From: Gekko japonicus
Lineage: Eukaryota
Direction: 5' to 3'
Length of the DNA stretch: 64,000 nucleotides
NCBI RefSeq assembly: GCF_001447785.1
Contig: NW_015162009.1
Span: forward strand, 62,001 to 126,000
The stretch's first letter is position 1; each line of letters opens with the position of its first letter. The notes beneath the pieces are model-generated. The model did no database searches. It was not told where the DNA came from and saw nothing but the letters and a program-made list of their open reading frames with translations. Of the stretch, positions 60,298-64,000 are shown piece by piece. Made by a program: the position numbers and the translations under genes.

Positions 60298-60897
60298 TAT
60301 ATTTATTTGTTTTTTTGTTTGTTTGGGGGGGTTATTGCCTTTCCCCACTTGTGCGGAGCTCAGAACAGTTCACAGCAATTTGGTTCAATACAGTATAAAA
60401 CAAGTTAAAGCCATTAAAATGCAGTATTTAAAATGTTTAAACATTTTAAGGACAAGATGGCAGTGCTAGCATTCAGTCATAGGGGTGCCAGGCAGATGTA
60501 AAGGCCTGGTGGAGCATCTCTGCCTTTCGTGCCCTGCAAAACTTTAGTAGGCCAGACAGGGCACGGATGTCACTCGGCAGAGAGTTCCACCAGGCTGGGG
60601 CCAGGGCAGAGAGGTCAAGGCCAGCTGGGTATCTTTTGGGCTGGGGTCCACCAGAAGGTTCTCGTCTGCTGATCTTAATGCCCTTCAGGGGACATACTGA
60701 GAGAAGCGGTCCCAGAGGTACTTAGGTCTCTGACCATTACAGGCTTTAAAGGTAAGCACCGAAACCTTGAAGCTGATCCAGTGCTCCACTGGCAACCAAA
60801 GCCATTTGCACAGCGCTGGACCTGTAAGGACCCGTGCTGACACGTTTTGTACCAGTTGGAACTTCCAGGTCAGTTTCAAGGGTAGCCCTATGTAAGG
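60298..60897 (-). mobile_element. L2 LINE 3' fragment
   Basis: YIGLPLKLTWKFQLVQNVSAR..WLPVEHWISFKV; (TTTG)n tail. Confidence 0.82.
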
Positions 60898-61471
60898 TGC
60901 ACACACACACACATGTACACCACCACCAGCAACACATAGTCCCTCCTCTTCCTCCCTGTGTCCTCTGTTTGTTACAGTGGGAGGAGGAAGTGACAGCTGC
61001 TTGCCACTATAGGACAACTGCTACATGGTGGCAGGTCAGAGGTTAGCAGTTTTTTGTAGTCCTGTTGTGGCCCAGACAGCTGCCCAGCCATGTCAACCCC
61101 CAATGCCGGCTATGCTACAGAGGTCCATAGAGTGTCATTCATTCACTTTTTAATGGCCTAGGGTACATCCTTCAGAGACTCTCCCCAAATGACTAAGCTT
61201 AGTGCACATATGTAAGCTAACTGTATCACATCCAAGGAAAAATGTGTTTCCAGGTCAGTGCAGCATTTACTGTCTCAGAACCACGGATGCAGTCAATCCT
61301 ACAAGCCTAACTATGTACTTGAATATATAAGGCATTATTAATATACAGACAATCATTTAAACCACATCAACCAATTTATCATCATCTAAGTCGAGATGTA
61401 TCAGGCTTCCTTTTGATGGAATCCAGTATCTATCCATCTATCCATCTATCCCTATCTATCCATCTATCCCT

Positions 61472-61628
61472 NNNNNNNNNNNNNNNNNNNNNNNNNNNNN
61501 NNNNNNNNNNNNNNNNNNNNNNNNNNNNNNNNNNNNNNNNNNNNNNNNNNNNNNNNNNNNNNNNNNNNNNNNNNNNNNNNNNNNNNNNNNNNNNNNNNNN
61601 NNNNNNNNNNNNNNNNNNNNNNNNNNNN
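61472..61628. other. Assembly gap next to a (TCTA/TCCA)n microsatellite
   Basis: Run of N. Confidence 1.
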
Positions 61629-61769
61629 CTTTGCAGAAATCAGGGTAGCTTAGAATATAAATAAAACATTATTTTTTAAAACACAATAAAATAACTATTA
61701 TGGAACCCATTAAAGTCACTGTTTAAAAGTTCCAATTTGGACTGCCAATAATAAAAACTAAATCAATTA

Positions 61770-62012
61770 AGATGCAGTCCTAAATAAAACTGTCTTCAAC
61801 CTCCTGAAAACTGACAATGAGGAGGACAGGCACCCCTCCCAGGGGAGGCTGTTCCATGTTTGTGGGGCTGCCACCAAAAAGGCCCTCTCTTGTGTACCCT
61901 CCAAACAAGCATCTTTAATTGGTGGGATAGTCAGGAGGGCATCTCCCTGTGATTTAATCCTCAGGCAGGAATGTATGGGAGAAGATGGTCCTTCAGATAC
62001 CCTGGTCTCAAG
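61770..62012 (-). mobile_element. Old L2 fragment
   Basis: LLTIPP..TQERAFLVAAPQTWNSLP..SLSVFRRLKTVLF. Confidence 0.8.
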
Positions 62013-63289
62013 CCAAGTACCTCTTACCAACAGCATTCCCACTGCTCAAGACTAATAACCCCTTAATATATATATATATATATCTCATAAACTAGTTTCT
62101 CTTTCCTAATTAGAAGCATTTCCAGCTAATTAGAAGCATTTACCCATACCACAGTATCTTATCCCCAGTAAGGACTGAGTTAGAACCAGTCCATAGGCAT
62201 TCAAATATAGCACCTTTGAAATTCAAAGCAAATATTATCCTCCCTCCTCCTCCTCTTTGAGGTTTCTGTTAATTAGTTTGGCAATCCATTTGCCCAACAG
62301 GTGGTCTATGGAGCGTATCGGATCTCTGGTGGAGACCTCGTACCCTTTATGAACACGCTTAGCAGGAGAGCTAGAAATGTCTTTCTTTGAACTCATTTAA
62401 ACTATTCCATTAGGACACTCAAACACCCAGATACTTTACAAAAAAAAATTCTTTTAATATTGTGGAAATGGCCTCCATACTCATATAGCCTATATCAGGG
62501 CCAAAACAGATCATGGATCTTAGTCCATCTGTCAAATATATAGTACATTCCAGCTGAGTCCCCAATTCACACTGGAACCAATCAGGCAGGGAGAAGAGAT
62601 TTAGCCCTTTTAATCCTCACTTGGCTTCACTTCTATAAACCTGGCTCCCTATGCTGTTATTGTTCTAAAAGGTAGTGTTTAAAATCCTTCTTTCCCTCTT
62701 TAAAATGTCAATAAAAGCACAGGGAGCCTACACAGAAGATCGGTAGGTGGGATTTAACCCTTCAACCCCTGCTCAGTTTTACTAACTGAGCAGAAGTCGA
62801 AGGGTTAAATCCCATCCACACACCCAACCTCTTCTGTGTAATCATAATCCAAATCACAGTTATGAAAATGCACAATATACCTTCTACAGACCTTCTACAG
62901 ACTAACAGAACCCTGTGATTTTCAGCATGTCTATACTGTATCTGAGTTTGGGTTGCCATTTTGAATGTGCAAGCTATTCAGGGTAACATCCTGACTTGCT
63001 GGGTATTGGCTTGATTAGTGCCACTGATTAGGGAGCAGAAGGCTGCTGGTCAGGGGTGAAATAACCTGGATTTCTTTCCACTATTGGCTCTCTTGGTGTG
63101 AGTGTATGGAGGGCGGGATGCTTGAAGCAGAAAATGGGAGGTTTGAAGGAGCTTTTTCTTATCAGTACTCTCTACCTGCACATACTACTGTTTACCTGAA
63201 AGGAACACAAGGGTCCCCCCTCCTGGAGCTACCATCAAGAAAAGCAGGCAATTTTCTTAAATCTGCATTCAAATTATAGGCAAAAAATG

Positions 63290-63549
63290 AGAAGAGAAGA
63301 GACTGGATTTATACCCCACCCTCCACTACCTGAAGGAATCTCAGAGTGGCTTACAATCTCCTTCCCCTCTCCACAACAAACACCCTGTGAGGTAGGTGGG
63401 GCTGAGAGAGGTCTCCCAAGAACTGTCCTTGAGAGAACAGCTCTGAAAGAACTTATGACAGACCCAAGGTCACACCAGCAGCTGCATGTGGAGGAATCAA
63501 ACTCGGTTCTCCCAGATTAGAGTCTGCACTCCTAATCACTATACCAAAG
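63290..63549 (-). mobile_element. Squam3-type SINE
   Basis: Homology to other copies. Confidence 0.85.
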
Positions 63550-63765
63550 CACTGCCAAGTCACAACCAAACTTATGGTGACCCCCTTCAAAGTTCCATCT
63601 CAAGGGGTTTTCAAGGCAAGAGACGAGCAGAGGTGGTTTGCCATTGCTGGCCTCTGCACAGAAATCCTGGTTTTCCTTGGTGGTCACCCATCAAAATACT
63701 GACCATGGCCAATCCTGCTTAGCCTTCAAGCCTTCAAGCTCCAGCTACCCTGGACTAGTCAGGCT
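63550..63765 (-). mobile_element. 5S rRNA-headed SINE with RTE/BovB-like tail
   Basis: TTTTCAAGGCAAGAG..GAGGTGGTTTGCCATTGC..CCTTGGTGGTCACCCATC..CCTGCTTAGC. Confidence 0.78.
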
Positions 63766-64000
63766 GCTGCAATGATGAAAAGGTTTTTCGTGTGTATAAC
63801 CTTGTTTTAGGGGTGTCATCTTACATTCCTTTTTGTTAAATACTGTTCTTTCACTCCTTGTTGCTGGTTCTTGCCTATTGTGTGTGTGGGGGGGTTACAT
63901 TTGTTAAATGTTCTAAGAAGAGATCTGTGGGTCAATAACAGAGTACATGGTTTGCATGTAGAAGGTCCGAGGTTCAACCGCTGCCATCTCTACTTAAAAG

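Overview
Vertebrate, repeat-rich non-coding DNA. The SINE content (Sauria SINE, Squam3-type tRNA SINE) points to a squamate reptile, probably a gecko (inference). Four assembly gaps are present. I find no credible host protein-coding exon, intact tRNA/rRNA gene or CRISPR array, and every ORF with recognisable homology is a decayed retroelement piece. Contents: LINE fragments from five clades (RTE/BovB-like, RTE-X-like, L1, L2, CR1); Penelope ends carrying hammerhead-ribozyme motifs; four SINE families (two with tRNA-like heads, Sauria SINE, and one with a 5S rRNA head and RTE/BovB-like tail); at least five non-autonomous hAT families with 8-bp TSDs; a non-autonomous Helitron; a 1006-bp solo LTR with a 5-bp TSD; and several foldback elements. 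Repeat-free, CpG-retaining, homeodomain-motif-rich islands look like conserved enhancers of a gene desert or giant intron. The best candidates for something under-described are an ORF1-only (half-L1-like) retroposon with an acidic C-terminal tail at about 50.05-51.8 kb, the 5S-headed SINE, and two old long inverted repeats (13.8-14.1 kb and 59.2-59.9 kb). Family names come from recalled motifs, not database searches, and novelty cannot be established from sequence alone.
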